A stretch of 64,000 nucleotides of DNA from contig CM119385.1 of the NCBI GenBank assembly GCA_051294905.1, positions 8,494,001 to 8,558,000 on the forward strand, read 5' to 3'. How positions within the stretch are numbered: position 1 is the stretch's first letter; each line of letters starts with the position of its first letter. Positions 1 through 13,300 of the stretch are shown here, one piece after another. The stretch comes from Botryllus schlosseri. Lineage: Eukaryota. The position numbers and the translations under genes were made by a program. The notes beneath the pieces are model-generated. The model searched no databases and was not told the DNA's origin. It saw only the letters and a list, made by a program, of their open reading frames with translations.

Positions 1-3000
1 TCTGGCTTCTTTGACACGCTTCATCGAATTTACCAATCCCGTCCCATTTAACGGTGAATCGGTAGTTAATCGTTAAAAGAACTGTTACGTTTGTAAAGCC
101 GTACAATATAGGAATGGGGTTTAAATGATGTACAATATCATGCTGCTGGTGGTGTACAATATCATGTTAAACCTCTCGATTTTTGTGATTTTTATCCAGT
201 TGAGCAAAATACCCTGTGCCTACAACTTCTAGAAGCTGAAAACCGCAGTTTCACCTTACCGTGTTGACCTGAATCATGGGTCTAACTTAAGAAAATGAGG
301 GAAACTCCACAAAATAAAGCAAAGGTTGAGCGCATCGGTTGTACGTAAACTCAGATCGCATTTTCTGGTGGAGTTCCGTCGTGTTCACATATCAGCTTGA
401 TAACAACGCTGTTGTAGGGGAAGAAGTCTATATAGAGCTAGCATGAATGTCTTTATTTTCCATATTTATAACTTTTTTTCATTTCTTTATAGCGTGGTTG
501 ACGCTGTGAAAGCTGAAAGATACAATGTAAATCTCGCGTGGCAAATTGATCTCGCGTGCCAGGGATTGCCGACTCCCGATCTAGTTGTCTATATAACCTT
601 CCGCAGGCTCGACACCGCGAACCTGGTGAATAACGAAACGTTTTGTATAAGTCATTGTCCAGAGATTAAATTAGCTTTGCGTTAAGAATGTGACGTCCCA
701 GGACCACACGCCTCTAATAGTCGACTCGTCGCACGTGCGTTACTGTGGTGGTCCAAGACCTGCAGCGTGCAGGCTTCGGACCCAATATAGAATTGTGTTT
801 GGAATATTCCAGTCCAACAGTGATAGCTGATTGCCATGTTAGAAAAACGGTGGTATGTTCTAAAAAAATAATATGTCACTCCTATACCTAGCGCCACGTG
901 ACCACGGCATCACTGTATCCAGTTGAATATCATGATCATATCGCCATAATTATGTCTGTGTTACAAAACTTACAATGTCGTGTATACTTTTGTGTATATA
1001 CTGGTCGAAGTTTCACAAACTTATTTTTCACACCACGCAGCGCCGTTACAGTATACGGTATGTACTCGATACATTTATGCATGACACACGGTTGTCAAAA
1101 TGTTCCTAAAAGCATGTACGATATGCTATAGGCTAATTGTGGTACAGCGTAACTCAGATGTCGCCGAATGAATCTTCGTAGGGATCTCTATCTGAGCAGC
1201 TTATAATCAGAGTTTCCTTATGATAGCGATAACCCTGTGCGAGCCGTGAGAAACTCGATGCGACAAAGGTAGATCATTGAGCGTTCCATGAAGTGAAATC
1301 TACCCCAGCCTAATGGGAATAGTTCGGATAGACTTCCCTCGCCAAAACTTCCTCACATGAAAGACAGCCGCTTGGTTTCTGTGCCATTTATATTGTCGCT
1401 GCTTTGTCATTGACCAAGGTAGAGCTTTGATGTCGCGATGTAGTCAAATGCACAATGGCACATTTAAATTTTCACGCTGCCAGACTCCGGTTCGTGTAGG
1501 AAATGGCCTAATGCACACCGAAGCCGTTTGACGACTGTCTCCGAGAGAAAGGGGGACGGCGTTTTAAAGCGAAAAGCATCAAGGTCGTAACACGCACTCC
1601 ATAAATATCTGTAAATTGATGCAAGGCGCATAGTAGGAATTTTTGCCGCAGTGCAGTAACGACCCGTTTGTTTGTACTTGGAGTTTAGCGGCAGTGCAAT
1701 ATGCAAGATGATTGGCCATAAACAACGATCTGCGTTATGTTAATTCATGTGAGTTGACACTGGAAGTTATTTGCGAATGACTGAGAATTCACAGTACTGT
1801 CAAAAGACACCGACTGATAAATCATGGGCAGAAGTCGGGCGAGTGTCTAACGTGCAAACAGCGCGCTGTTTCAACTGATGCTCTAGATGCGTAGAAACAA
1901 ATAGTGCTACAATCGGGGACTTTTTATTCGTTATTGGTGCAAATACTTCGTTAATGAGATATAAAGGTGGAATTGTATCGTGCCGCATGCCGTCATTACT
2001 TTTGTCATAACTGCAAACTAACCAACCCCGCCGCGGTGACGAAAGATTAGATATGAGGACATTAGAAGACATTTGACACCAAGATGAAAAAAGTATCCAT
2101 CCAGTACCCGCCTTGCTACCTCTTTTATCATAAGCATACAAATATTTGTCCTGACGAAGTGATTAGGGATGATTTAAAGAATTCAAACAGGTAAACGAAA
2201 ATACAGTAGTTGGTTGTGAAACGGTGACGCGCGGGAAGTTTGATCATCGAGACAGTAGTGGGAGAAGAATCAGGCTACCGCGTGACAGTTCCTGTTCAGC
2301 TATATCTGCGATTTCTGATAGAAAGGGCCCGCTGGAAAGAAAGAAAACGATTAGCTTCACTAAAACAAAACTCAGACCAGTGAGTTCGCAGTGATGTCAC
2401 AGACGACCACAGTAACTGCTATTGCTGGAGATGAAAGAATGCAAGAAGGGTACCCAGTAATTAGCATACACGCAAGACCTGGACGCGTAGGGGAAAGTTT
2501 GGCATAACAAATTACAACATTTATTACTTCAAAGAGAGTCAACAATGGTATAAACAATATCTGGGCATCGACGATTATCTGCAAATCGAAGATTGCATCT
2601 CGCAATGTGCGTTTGTAAGGGATGGTGAGTAGTTGCAAGGGATGGTTTAGATAGGGCGAAGCATAGCTTATATGCAGCTGAACTTAACGAAATAAATTAT
2701 GATGTTACAGATGTCATGGTCAGTACCAGGGGAACTTCCATATATCATGTATCGGCCTATAATTATAATTACGTCTGTTGTCGCTGGCTTTTGTATATCA
2801 TTCGCGGTACAAATGACATTCTGCGAACAATAATACTTTCTTTGGTGCAATATGATGGCCATCGCGCTTTCGAAACGTCGTTTATTTGGACTGCAGGCTA
2901 ATATCTTTGATGTGCCGACATGCCAAGTGAATTCTAGAAATGTGTTTGTATATCTGACATCTATAGATTGGCGCTGATTAGTGCGCAAACAGGCATATAT

Positions 3001-4216
3001 CTATCATGAATATTTATCATTATATATACCGGCTAGTTACTCAAATGTTCGTTACACTTTCCTAAATTTGCGAGCTTCGCAGGTAAACATTTGGTAACCC
3101 CGCCATTTGTGGGCTGGCTTACGAATCCAGTAATTCGATATCGCTATTTCTATGGTATAAAATATTATGTTTATCTCTAATTTCTATGGTTAAAGACATG
3201 TCATTAGGACCGAGGTGTAGATTTTATGTGAGTGATATATATGTCTTATTTAATAGCAATGATATACATCACGAAGATTTACGAATATTATTTTTGTTAC
3301 TGTCTTGTCTAATTTCGGAGACTACAATTTGAAAACGGCTGATCGTTTTTGCACGATTCGTGAAGAGCACATGCAGAAGCAAGATTCAAAAAAGGTTCAA
3401 GCCCTTTTTTGCCATAGGTACTACTAAGGAATATTATAGTTTTGATAAAAAATGGGCCTGATGAATCAGCGAATTTTATACGCGATTGGTTATTTTATTT
3501 GATTCATTCGTAAGTTTTTCGAATACGCGCGACTAGTTATTAGATTTACTAGTGACAGAACGCAATCACTTTCAATAACGCTATCGTGCAGCTGAACAGA
3601 TACCCCACAACCTATTCTGAAACGGGCAAGATATCCGTCTTCGTAGTATCTTATCTGTCGTATTCAGGCGGGCATATTCTCCTAATGATGTAGATCTAAT
3701 GAATCATTGTTACAGTAGTAACTATGTGTTTGCTTGACAACTTATCATGAAATGTCCGTCAGAATGAAGCAGGCTACACATTTAGTGGTATCGCTATAGT
3801 CCAAGTGTAACTATTTTCTCGTCGCATAGACCGAGCTCCGTTGCAGGCGCATCCGTTGGTATGCGCTAAAGCCCCGTACACGGTGTACGTACGTGTTGTA
3901 CACCTTTGGCATTTTCAATTTTTAATATGCTGTGGATCATCCGAACTGTAACTGCCAGTGCAATTGAGAGGCCATCTTTATAGTTTTTGATTGTGATGCG
4001 TTCCTGTGTCGTATCCGTCGACGCAGCCTAGAATACTGAAGCGCTCTCCCACCTCTTGGACATTTTGAGACTTTGAAATGATTGGGACTGTATTTTCATG
4101 TCTCAGCTAATCTGAGATATCGATTCATTTCTGTTTACTACACACTTCCGCCAAGCTGCTTCTAACTAACTATTCTTAAAATATTTTTGATCATAGATTC
4201 TGCACACATGCGAAGA

Positions 4217-7200
4217 ATGATTTGCTACTCTTATGACAAGTCGGATTCAGTGTCAAGCAGCATCGACAAGCACCCTCAGCACATTCCGGTCACTGCAAAC
4301 CTATCGGATCTCGACGAGCACAGCCCAGATTCCACTGCTTCGACGAGCTACTCAACAAATTACGAAATGGTGAACGGTCCGACATCGCAACGATTGAATT
4401 ATCACGTCACAGACGCGTCTACCTCGGTACCGAACGACCACGGTCGTCAGTTATATTTCCCTCAGTCCAATCAAGTTAGTCACGAAGTTACCAGAAATCA
4501 CAACAATGAATGGAAAGACAGTTCAATGTATACTTATCCTGGGGTTTACAATCGAATTCACAACGACGGGGCAATTATGCCAGGCAGAGGTCGGGGCTGG
4601 GATGTCCACGCGGAACTTTTTCAGTACGGCAACCCGAAACAGTTTTACTCTTCGTATCCACCCGAAATGTACGCCCCGTCGCGCCAACAGCATTACGAGA
4701 CCTCGCGGCGTAATCACGCAAGTGCAACCAATGCAAATGGACAATATTTACAAAGACATCCACTTGGACCTTCAGCGGATCGGAGTTATCCATTGGAATC
4801 GTCCACAACAAATTCTGTTACTTCGCAACGTTACCCGTACGACTGGATAAACAAAAACTCTTACGCACCTTGTCCACCACCTGGTAGGTGTTTTTTGACA
4901 TATCTCCAAATCTCCTTCGCCTGTCTTATTGAAATATAATAGAAAGTTAGTTCGGTTGTAATGATATCGTAATGACTTTTATGTGCTGGAATCAGCCACT
5001 CGTGGTCATACTCAAGAGAGGATTGCAAACGGTGGTTCTGTTTACAATGTAATAACACTGATAGCACCGCGAAAGCAATTCATTATGACGACTTGATTCT
5101 CGTCAATTCGCAATGAATAACATATCAGCGGTGACAGCTATGCCCTTCCTTTTTGTAATTCCCGATGAGGTTTCGGTTGGTAAAGTTATTGATTCACTTC
5201 ACAAATATACCAATAAATGTTTAATAAGAAAAACCTATTTGAAAATCATTATAATTTGGCACGATTCATTTGACTGCATAAAAGATGATAGGTACTCCAA
5301 TGACGCATTTGTAACGTCTCTCACGAACATCTGGCTGGTGCGGGTGGCTAAAAAGTTTGTACCAAAACGAAAATTGATTCGCAAATGAGTAAAAAGACTA
5401 AAATGTGCCTAAATTTTGTTGTCACGTACCTATGCGGGGTTGGGTACTAGTATAATTGATGTCTTTTGATTAGGGCGATTTTTTACTCAAAAGACGGAAT
5501 ATTTTGACCTAAAAATGAGAATTTTGACATGTTCTGACGTTCAAAAACTTGATTTTGCCCTCATGTATGTAACTTCGGCGTTTTCGCACGTAATGTTACA
5601 ATTGTACTATACTTATCTTCATTTCTGGTTGGAACTGTCTGTCCTTACGAAGTAGTTTGGCCTGAAAAAACTTATATACTTGAAAACTGACAAGTTTTTA
5701 CATGAAAAAACTTTATTTTAACGAAACGTGGACCTATGAAGAATTTTAGTAGTTGCATCACGCTTTATGGCAGAAATAGTTCGTTGTAGTACAATGAAAG
5801 ATAATTTCGTAGATTCTCGGGTAAAAAGAGTCTGTCCTAAGAATGGAGAAAGAACGTTCAATAGCAGCAGTTGTTCGCTGGAAACACTGAAGTTATGCGT
5901 GCGTTCCTGGTGACACACCGTGTTCCTTCATCCTGACAATGTTGTCTACATCACAATTTTTCATCATGTGCTTCTTGATATAAGAACTAATGTCTTGCTT
6001 CAGTTAGGATATTGCGGTACGTTGAACATACCACCATGTCAACCTTTTTGTTTAATTTGACCGTTTATGATTCACAATAAGACAATGGGCCGTCTTCAAC
6101 GGTGCGCCTATAAAGTAGGCTACAAGATGTAACATGTAAAATGATAAGTTCGCCGACAGAGCAAACATCTACGATACGAACGAAACACAGGTTGCAACAA
6201 AATTTTTATTTTGTAAACAATTTTGACAATTTTTTGAACAAACTACAGTTTTTACAACATTTCAACTTGTTTTGCAATGTCAAAAAAAATCGCTCTAGCT
6301 ATGATGCATAATAGCTCGTACAATGTGCATGTAGTTCAATTTCCCTTATCCCTAGAAAAAACTAATATACTTAATACACTGTTTATACGCCATTTTACTC
6401 AACGATGGCAGTGTTGGTACAACATCAAGTAGATGAGAACGTATCTAGTGGGAAAATCACAACCGGGCTGCGGTTATTAACCCTTGCTATATATATATCG
6501 TTATTGTTTCCATTGAAAGCCACAATTACAGTATTTTACTGAATTTGCTGAGAGCTAGAATGCCTAAAGGGTCATAGTCCTGGTATAAGTTGAGTATAAG
6601 TGAAATCTGAATTACATAAAACCAGCCAGTTCGGCATAACGCAGACCAGTTTTTAAGTGCGAGTCATACGACACGGGGTACATGGTACACGCGTGTTGTA
6701 GTGTTACTTACTATTACAATATTTCAACCGCAACATTTGTTTACATCAAAATTAAGATCATCCAATCCCTTCCTGTTCTATCGACATACAATGATTAAGC
6801 CGCTTGATACATCTGTGAATACTACTGCTATGATAGGAATATATTTCAGGCAGCATGTATAATTTGTTTCCTCAAAATGTAAACAATAATCATCGACACT
6901 AGCAATTTCGTTGGCCGTTGACAGTTGTTCTTAAATGAATTGTGTTGGGCATGATAATTTGATTATTGCGGTGAGATGGTTCTTTGACACGGTTCTTACT
7001 TTCGGACTATATCGAGCAAAATATAGAGACCGCAATCGAACGATTTCATAGTCGCGTTTTTGTGTGACGATTCCGACCCGGAATAGACCACGCCAGCTCG
7101 TGATTCAGCATAAATCAAATGAGTTTATAATTATTCGCTGAACTTACGATGAACGGCATCCGCCATTTTGATACACACGTCGAAATCGATGGGAATTCAT

Positions 7201-8149
7201 AAAGCTAATGGTCAAGGTTTTATGACAGCTCTGGCGACTCGCAACGCCTCGTAAAAGACCCGCATCTTGCGTGTGACGACCTAAAACTATTTTCGCACAC
7301 GTGACATTTATGGCCGTCGCCTATCACCAGTTAATGATGCGTGCGTTCGAATGTATTAGTTGTACCGAGCAATTATCGGGTTTATGACCTCATACTTTTA
7401 TGACCTCGGGTTTTGCGACACGAAATTGATTGTGTGAATTCAATCAAGTGAGCCGGCTCTCCGCTGTCAAACGGACAGCGGGGTGCGTCGATTGAGCTTC
7501 AAGAAATATCGCAACGCAATTACATATTCATTGTTGCAATTTTACGCTTGCAGCGGGAAAAACGCGCACGAAAGACAAATATCGAGTGGTCTACTCTGAT
7601 CACCAGCGGCTCGAATTGGAGAAAGAATTCCGTTACAGTAAATACATCACCATCCGCCGGAAATCGGAATTAGCCATGCAGCTGAGTTTGAGCGAGCGGC
7701 AAATCAAAATATGGTTTCAAAATCGGCGGGCGAAAGAGAGGAAGATCACGAAAAAAAGAGGGGACGGCACTAGCTCGGACGAGATCAGACTAAATTCCAC
7801 TCCGGAGCTGACAGAGTGCGTGAAGTCGCCCCTCGACTCAAACCACAGTCGTGTTAGCAAAGACACGAAAGATAATGCCATATCTCTCGCGAAATATGAG
7901 CATAATCACTATTCCATGGGTGCTGTGGAACGACATCCCACAGCCACAGAAGTTTTTTCGTCCCTTTCCCAAATCAGTGAACTATCCCTCGATAGAGATT
8001 TCAGTAAGACTACGGACGTCGAAATGTGTGGTGTTACATCGCGACCTGTGGCGGTGCCGGTATGCGCGTCCTTTACTGAACATTCTAATGACGGCGTGTC
8101 TTTTGAAAATGCGTCTTCGGAAGACCTTTCCTTATCGGGTGAATCATGA
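4217..8149 (+). CDS. Cdx: Cdx/caudal ParaHox homeobox transcription factor, 2 exons (4217-4883, 7554-8149), ~420 aa; alternative in-frame ATG at 4208
   Basis: Exon 1 starts [10 protein letters not shown] (cf. Cdx N-terminal MYVSYLLDK), has the hexapeptide YPYDWINK and ends CCT G|gtaggt (phase 1). Exon 2 starts ttgcag|CG GGA AAA and gives [64 protein letters not shown], a diagnostic Cdx homeodomain. Phases match. Confidence 0.96.
5471..6297 (+). mobile_element. Non-autonomous hAT element (TAGGGCG-terminus family) in the Cdx intron
   Basis: Ends TAGGGCGATTTTTT ... AAAAAAAATCGCTCTA. Co-linear with 35767-36787 (same strand) and 62573-63418 (reverse). Flanking 8-mers cttttgat/gctatgat match only 5/8, suggesting an old insertion. 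Subterminal TTTTGAC/GTCAAAA repeats. Confidence 0.85.
7108..7406. promoter_or_regulatory. Candidate intronic enhancer: cluster of Cdx/posterior-Hox type TTTAT(G/A) sites
   Basis: GCATAAA 7108, TCATAAA 7197, TTTTATGAC 7218, TCGTAAAA 7249, TTTATGGCC 7307, TTTATGAC 7381 and TTTTATGAC ~7396, all within 300 bp and ending ~150 bp upstream of the homeobox exon. Function is inferred. Confidence 0.5.
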
Positions 8150-10347
8150 TCTTTGTGACAATTTGGCGTTACCTAATGACGCAATAAGTCGGAGATATAC
8201 AGGTGTCAACCGCTAGCGAATTGGTCAAGTTTGGTGCGTGCTTGTCCCAGTGAAGAGACTGGCGGGCTGGTGGCGTTGTGAAGGCAGTATAACGTAGATG
8301 CCACGTACATTGTTTGTGAACGCAAGCTTGGTTAAAACCAATTTGCGATTCGATTATGATCGAAAAATGGCGAATCTCGCGCGACAAACGAATCCTAGCA
8401 ACCACCTGATTGACATCCCCATTCTCTACCTCTAGAAAAATAATGACAACCTCCAAGCCCTAATGCGATATATTTACATTTAATACATATTTGTGCAAAT
8501 AATATTCGGCACGTTATATAAATCCCACGCCTTCAATACACATTGGCTTTTTCGAATTTTGGTGGCGTGTAATGTAATCGAATCGGGCAAACAGAGCTTG
8601 TGCTTGTGCAGTAAGCTTACTCTTCAGCAGCATGATTACGATTTTTATTTGTTTTACCTAACTTCAAACTGTCTCGTGCGCTCGTCTAAGTATGTGTTTT
8701 TATATATTTATGTGTGTCGTTTTGTACATATATATATTATTTTGCAGAAACGGCCAAGTTGTTACTTTTATACGGTAATTCTCAAGTCGCAACGCTATAC
8801 AAAATAATGCTGTCGTAATCGAGCATTCCTCTATTAACCGCACATTCATCCTGGAGGGCTGGGAGTAAGTACCAGCGTCAAGGCACATAGTAAAGTCATG
8901 GCGTCCTGTATAGGACACTATGGTATAATGCACTCAATCTACCCCAAACTCCAAGTCCTTTCTACTAAGTACATCGTACCTGCGCAATGGGTATCGTGGT
9001 GTTGAAAAATTGTGACTCAAAAGTGTTATAACTGGTCCATCGACAATGTACTTGTACAATGTGCATTGTACAATTGTAAATGTTAACATGCTACGACGCT
9101 AGAGCATGTGGGCTAAAGTCACGGTTAGTTTTAGGATTACAGATTGCCTCGTGCTCACTGTCGTTTTTCATTGTCTCTCATGCTCTACTCTCTGGTAACC
9201 GTTGTTACTATTCCTTATGTAATAAAATATAGGTCTCGCATCATATCTATCGTAGCTCCCTGCAGCACAATTACCATCGCCAGAAGCATTCTGGATACAT
9301 CTGGAGGCTACAAACATACCTATTATACCCCCCTGTACTTTTAAATAGATTTGGTCAGCTGGTGCAGTGTCATGCTGTTCATATTAAAATATTTGGATCG
9401 TGTTCTATGATGTTTGTAATGATTACTATTTCACGGCTGAATATTTCGAATATTGCAGTATTCAGAAATCGACTGTCACTTGTCGACTCCATTCATTACG
9501 GTGATACTCGGATTCGAGAACTGGAATCGTCGTGGCCATGAGTAACTCCGCGCTGAGCATGCTGGCATCAACAGGGACAACGACGTAACAAATGTTGCAA
9601 CCGTTCATTATAAAAGTGTCACTAGTTATTAAATGTGTTACTGTGGTACAAATAAGAAACCCAGCTGCATTTCGAAAAGTGTGAATTCATTCGAGAAATT
9701 GCGTGTTACTGGTGTAGCAGAAGGCAATGAAAAGAATCATATTCCTACAAAGAAACTTACGATCTATATATATATATATGTCGACTACTTCGCACTGCAA
9801 TTACGATTCCGATCTTTATCACTGCCGACATGACGATATAGTTTGATACAAGGCTTTTCGCCGTGAACGCAAGTGCGATAAATCAACGACATACGGCTCT
9901 GCGAGATACGGGACTTGTGATTGCGAGGGTTCACAGTCATTACTGACCATAAACTTTGCCTCGCTTGATGCATTAGGTGCTTGAACTCCACGTTTGTACC
10001 GTCAGAGAGGATTAACTGCAGAATAAATGAGTGGCTGCTTTCAGCAACAGCGATTCATTTCGTCCTGATATTGTATGTATGGTTCTAACTGAACGACTTG
10101 ACCATCAATGTTGCTGAATAGCAACCCGACTATCACTGCATCTGCCTTGCCCTAGAATGTACCTCACATCGTGCAAAGCTATGTATTCAACGTGAGAAAG
10201 CTCCACAAAGGATAAATATAGAGAAATTATAACGTTTTGCATTTGTTTGAATGAGATAATTGCTAATGGTTCAACGTCGTAACGTAAGTGCATACTGTGC
10301 CAAATGAATAGAAATGAATCTAGCAAGTGAAAACGTGAACGCAAAAT

Positions 10348-13300
10348 TCACATAACGATGCACGTCTTCGAACTTTTCTGTGAGCCCGCGCTTCCCTTCG
10401 ACGGCGACGAAAGCGATTTGGATACCTGAAATACAGGAATTGAAATTACTGTTTGGTGTAATCGACTGCGTTACGTTGATTTACCCCGTTATTGGTAGCT
10501 GACGGCGCCGCGTGAGATGAAGTGAGTGCTCTTTGAGCCGCCTGTGGTTTGTGACAATGAAATGGATGGTTAATGAACATGAACAATGATATGACAATGC
10601 AATGGAAATTATCAGTAAGTATCATGAGTGAAGCAATTGGCATGGTATGTGTCTAAAGATTAGAATCACAAACATCGCTATCGAATTATCGAACTGAACT
10701 GGGCACATCCATGCGATATATTGGGGCTGTTTGTCGTGAACGGAATGCGTGCATTTCCTATTGCGTTCTGTGATAGATTGAGTGACTGAGTGTGTGGGTA
10801 GAGTTGAATATCATCGCTAACGTAGATGATAAGTACCCACCAATTCAATGTCGTTCAGCACAGACACACGGTGCAGGCATGTGAATCTACGTTAGCCACG
10901 CTTGTTAATCGCGATGTTGCGACCACAATCACGTCACAAACGTTATCAACAAAAAAATTGAAGACAAGCCCATTTTGTCAAATTAACAAAGGAATTAATC
11001 ACCAATAAAGACTTGCACAAGCCTTCACATCTCTACGATGGAGCTCTAGTTATCTATTGTGTTATTTTATTGTGACAGAATTATAACTATCGTTGTTCCG
11101 TGAAACTGGTCTCGTTTTAGGTTTGATACTAGGAAGGACTTAGTTGCTTTCGAGTTTGTAAATATAACAGTTCGTCCGCTGCTAACTGCAACACGCTCTA
11201 CCTTCTTGGATTGTTCATAGGGCGTTTCATCTTCTTCGCGTATCGTAGTTGTAATCCGCTTAGTCGGAGATCCCATTGAGCTCCTATGGTCGGGCTGAAC
11301 TTCGAAACTGTACACGCTAAAACCGTCTCCGTCTTCGGGCTGTGAGAGTATTCCGTTACATCCACTCTTGCCATATCAATTTAGCGATATAATTCAATTA
11401 ATCACCCAGGCACTAGCTGCTAACGCCTTACTACAGGAGCTTTTCAACAATTACGTCACCCAGCCGTCGATTGAAACCTATATTTCAAGGTTTCCTTGGC
11501 CGACTTCTAAAATCTAAACTACACAGGAATATAAACTATATGAAGTAATTTCGGAAATGCATTTTCACGCTTTCAAATGAGTATCCGCACGAGAAATTAC
11601 TTGCGGATTATGTTAAATAAAACGCGACGAATCATTGCAAAAGAGATGATGTGATTCCTTCATTCGTCAACTGGATGCATCAATTCTGCAACTAAACCTC
11701 GTCAATTTGATCGCAATACGTTTCATCAAGAAATGCGAATGGAATGTCAAAGGTTTATCAACTAAACTGATGTATTTCTATCTCATGCTAGTATCCTCCT
11801 TCGTCTTATATAAGGCTATAACGTGTTTTTGCCTTGACTAACTCCGTTCCATAAACCGATCAATGCTGCCTATATAAGGTGCGTACCGACCGGATATAGA
11901 ATTCCGTGCTATAATTCACGAAAGCCTTCATCCGGTTAGGTCAGGTTAGATTTTCCTTGTGGAAAGGGTCACGAAATCCATTATCGAGAGAAATTGAAAT
12001 TAGGTACGCGGAATTGTCTGCGAATGCAACGATACACAAATTTCATAATTTGGCCTAATTTATGCTATTCATTACTCTACAATATCCTCTAATCAAATTA
12101 CATTCGTGCAATTATGGACCACCGTAAGTTATGGGTGACTAAATTACACAGACGACGATTGTAAAAAGGGAAATTTGCTTTTGTCCCTACGCTATCTCAA
12201 CACTCCAGGTGTTAGTTCTTTGCTTTTTTTATGCTTAAAGACTAAGCACTAAGCAGTCGTTTGTTATTTCGGCGGAGCACAAAGATCAACACACTGAATT
12301 ATTTCCAAATAATCGCCGTAGCAAGCACACGAGCAACAAGGATCTATCTACAACATCCGCTATCAAGTCCATGCATCATCGACCCAAAAATTAAAGGAAA
12401 TCTAATCTCACGTTTCTCTCTCGAATGAATTTCTGAGCTTGGAGCATCTGTTCAATTTCAATCACCACAATTAGAAAAGCACTCTCGTGAAGTGTGCGCG
12501 GCACGCTTGTGCTCGTTCAACGCGTTGGGAAATCCAGAATAAACCGCGTTGAGCGACAAATTACAGTTCGCAAGCGCCGTTCAGCTTTGTACGGGGAAGA
12601 GGTACGCGATATGATCATTACAGTTCCGAAATCGACAGACAATGCGCGAACAATTGCGTCCCTGCTGCAGATCTGGACAACTAGATAATTCTAGTAATTT
12701 AATTAGACTATAATTAGAGCGAAATGCCGGTAATCTAATTATAATATAATTTGTGAAATAGATTCTGATTCGATATGAATGCATTTCTTTCTGATGTAAT
12801 GTGAATTTAGGAATTATACATCTATTCAAGTTTGGATGTATAAAGTGTGTAATTCTTACTCTAATCTAATTTTCGAAAGCCGAAAATTTTCTAGTTGTCC
12901 AAGTCTGCCCTACTGAAGCAACCAACATTCAATAATTTTATTGATGAACGCGCGATAATATTCAAATCTAAATAATCAACACCGCGATGCGTTTCACGCT
13001 CGTGTAAAATCGGACGGATGTTCGTATCCCAATCCAACGCCCGAACCTCGAGATACGCAGCAGCGCGACGCTGCCAATTCTCTTTGACGACGTCTGTCAG
13101 CTCCCGTCAAATAAAGGCGTAACAACCTACCTGGGTGACGAGTCTAACCTTACTCTTCAGCTTCGTACCGCTGCTGAACGCCACAGCGTGGACCGCGCGC
13201 ATGAAAGGTTCAAACTGCTGCTCGGAAGATGGCTTCTTGGCCCATTCGTCGCAGATCTCCTGTAGATTGAGAGCAATGAAATGATATTAACAGTTTTTAA

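Noticed and set aside
1250-2990. Decayed 7TM-like gene upstream of Cdx (hydrophobic minus ORFs 2372-2638, 1800-2141)
   Set aside because: No GPCR motifs recognised and many stops in all frames; cannot be supported.
5425-5455. Helitron-like 3' end (short hairpin followed by CTAGT)
   Set aside because: No matching 5' TC end or second copy identified.
12960-13130. Stop-codon read-through or an extra kinesin exon after ...VTQ; also a 14-bp inverted match to 13985-14000
   Set aside because: A good GT donor at 13130 joins in phase to 11339; the alternative 37-nt intron is shorter than any other here; the short match is compatible with chance.
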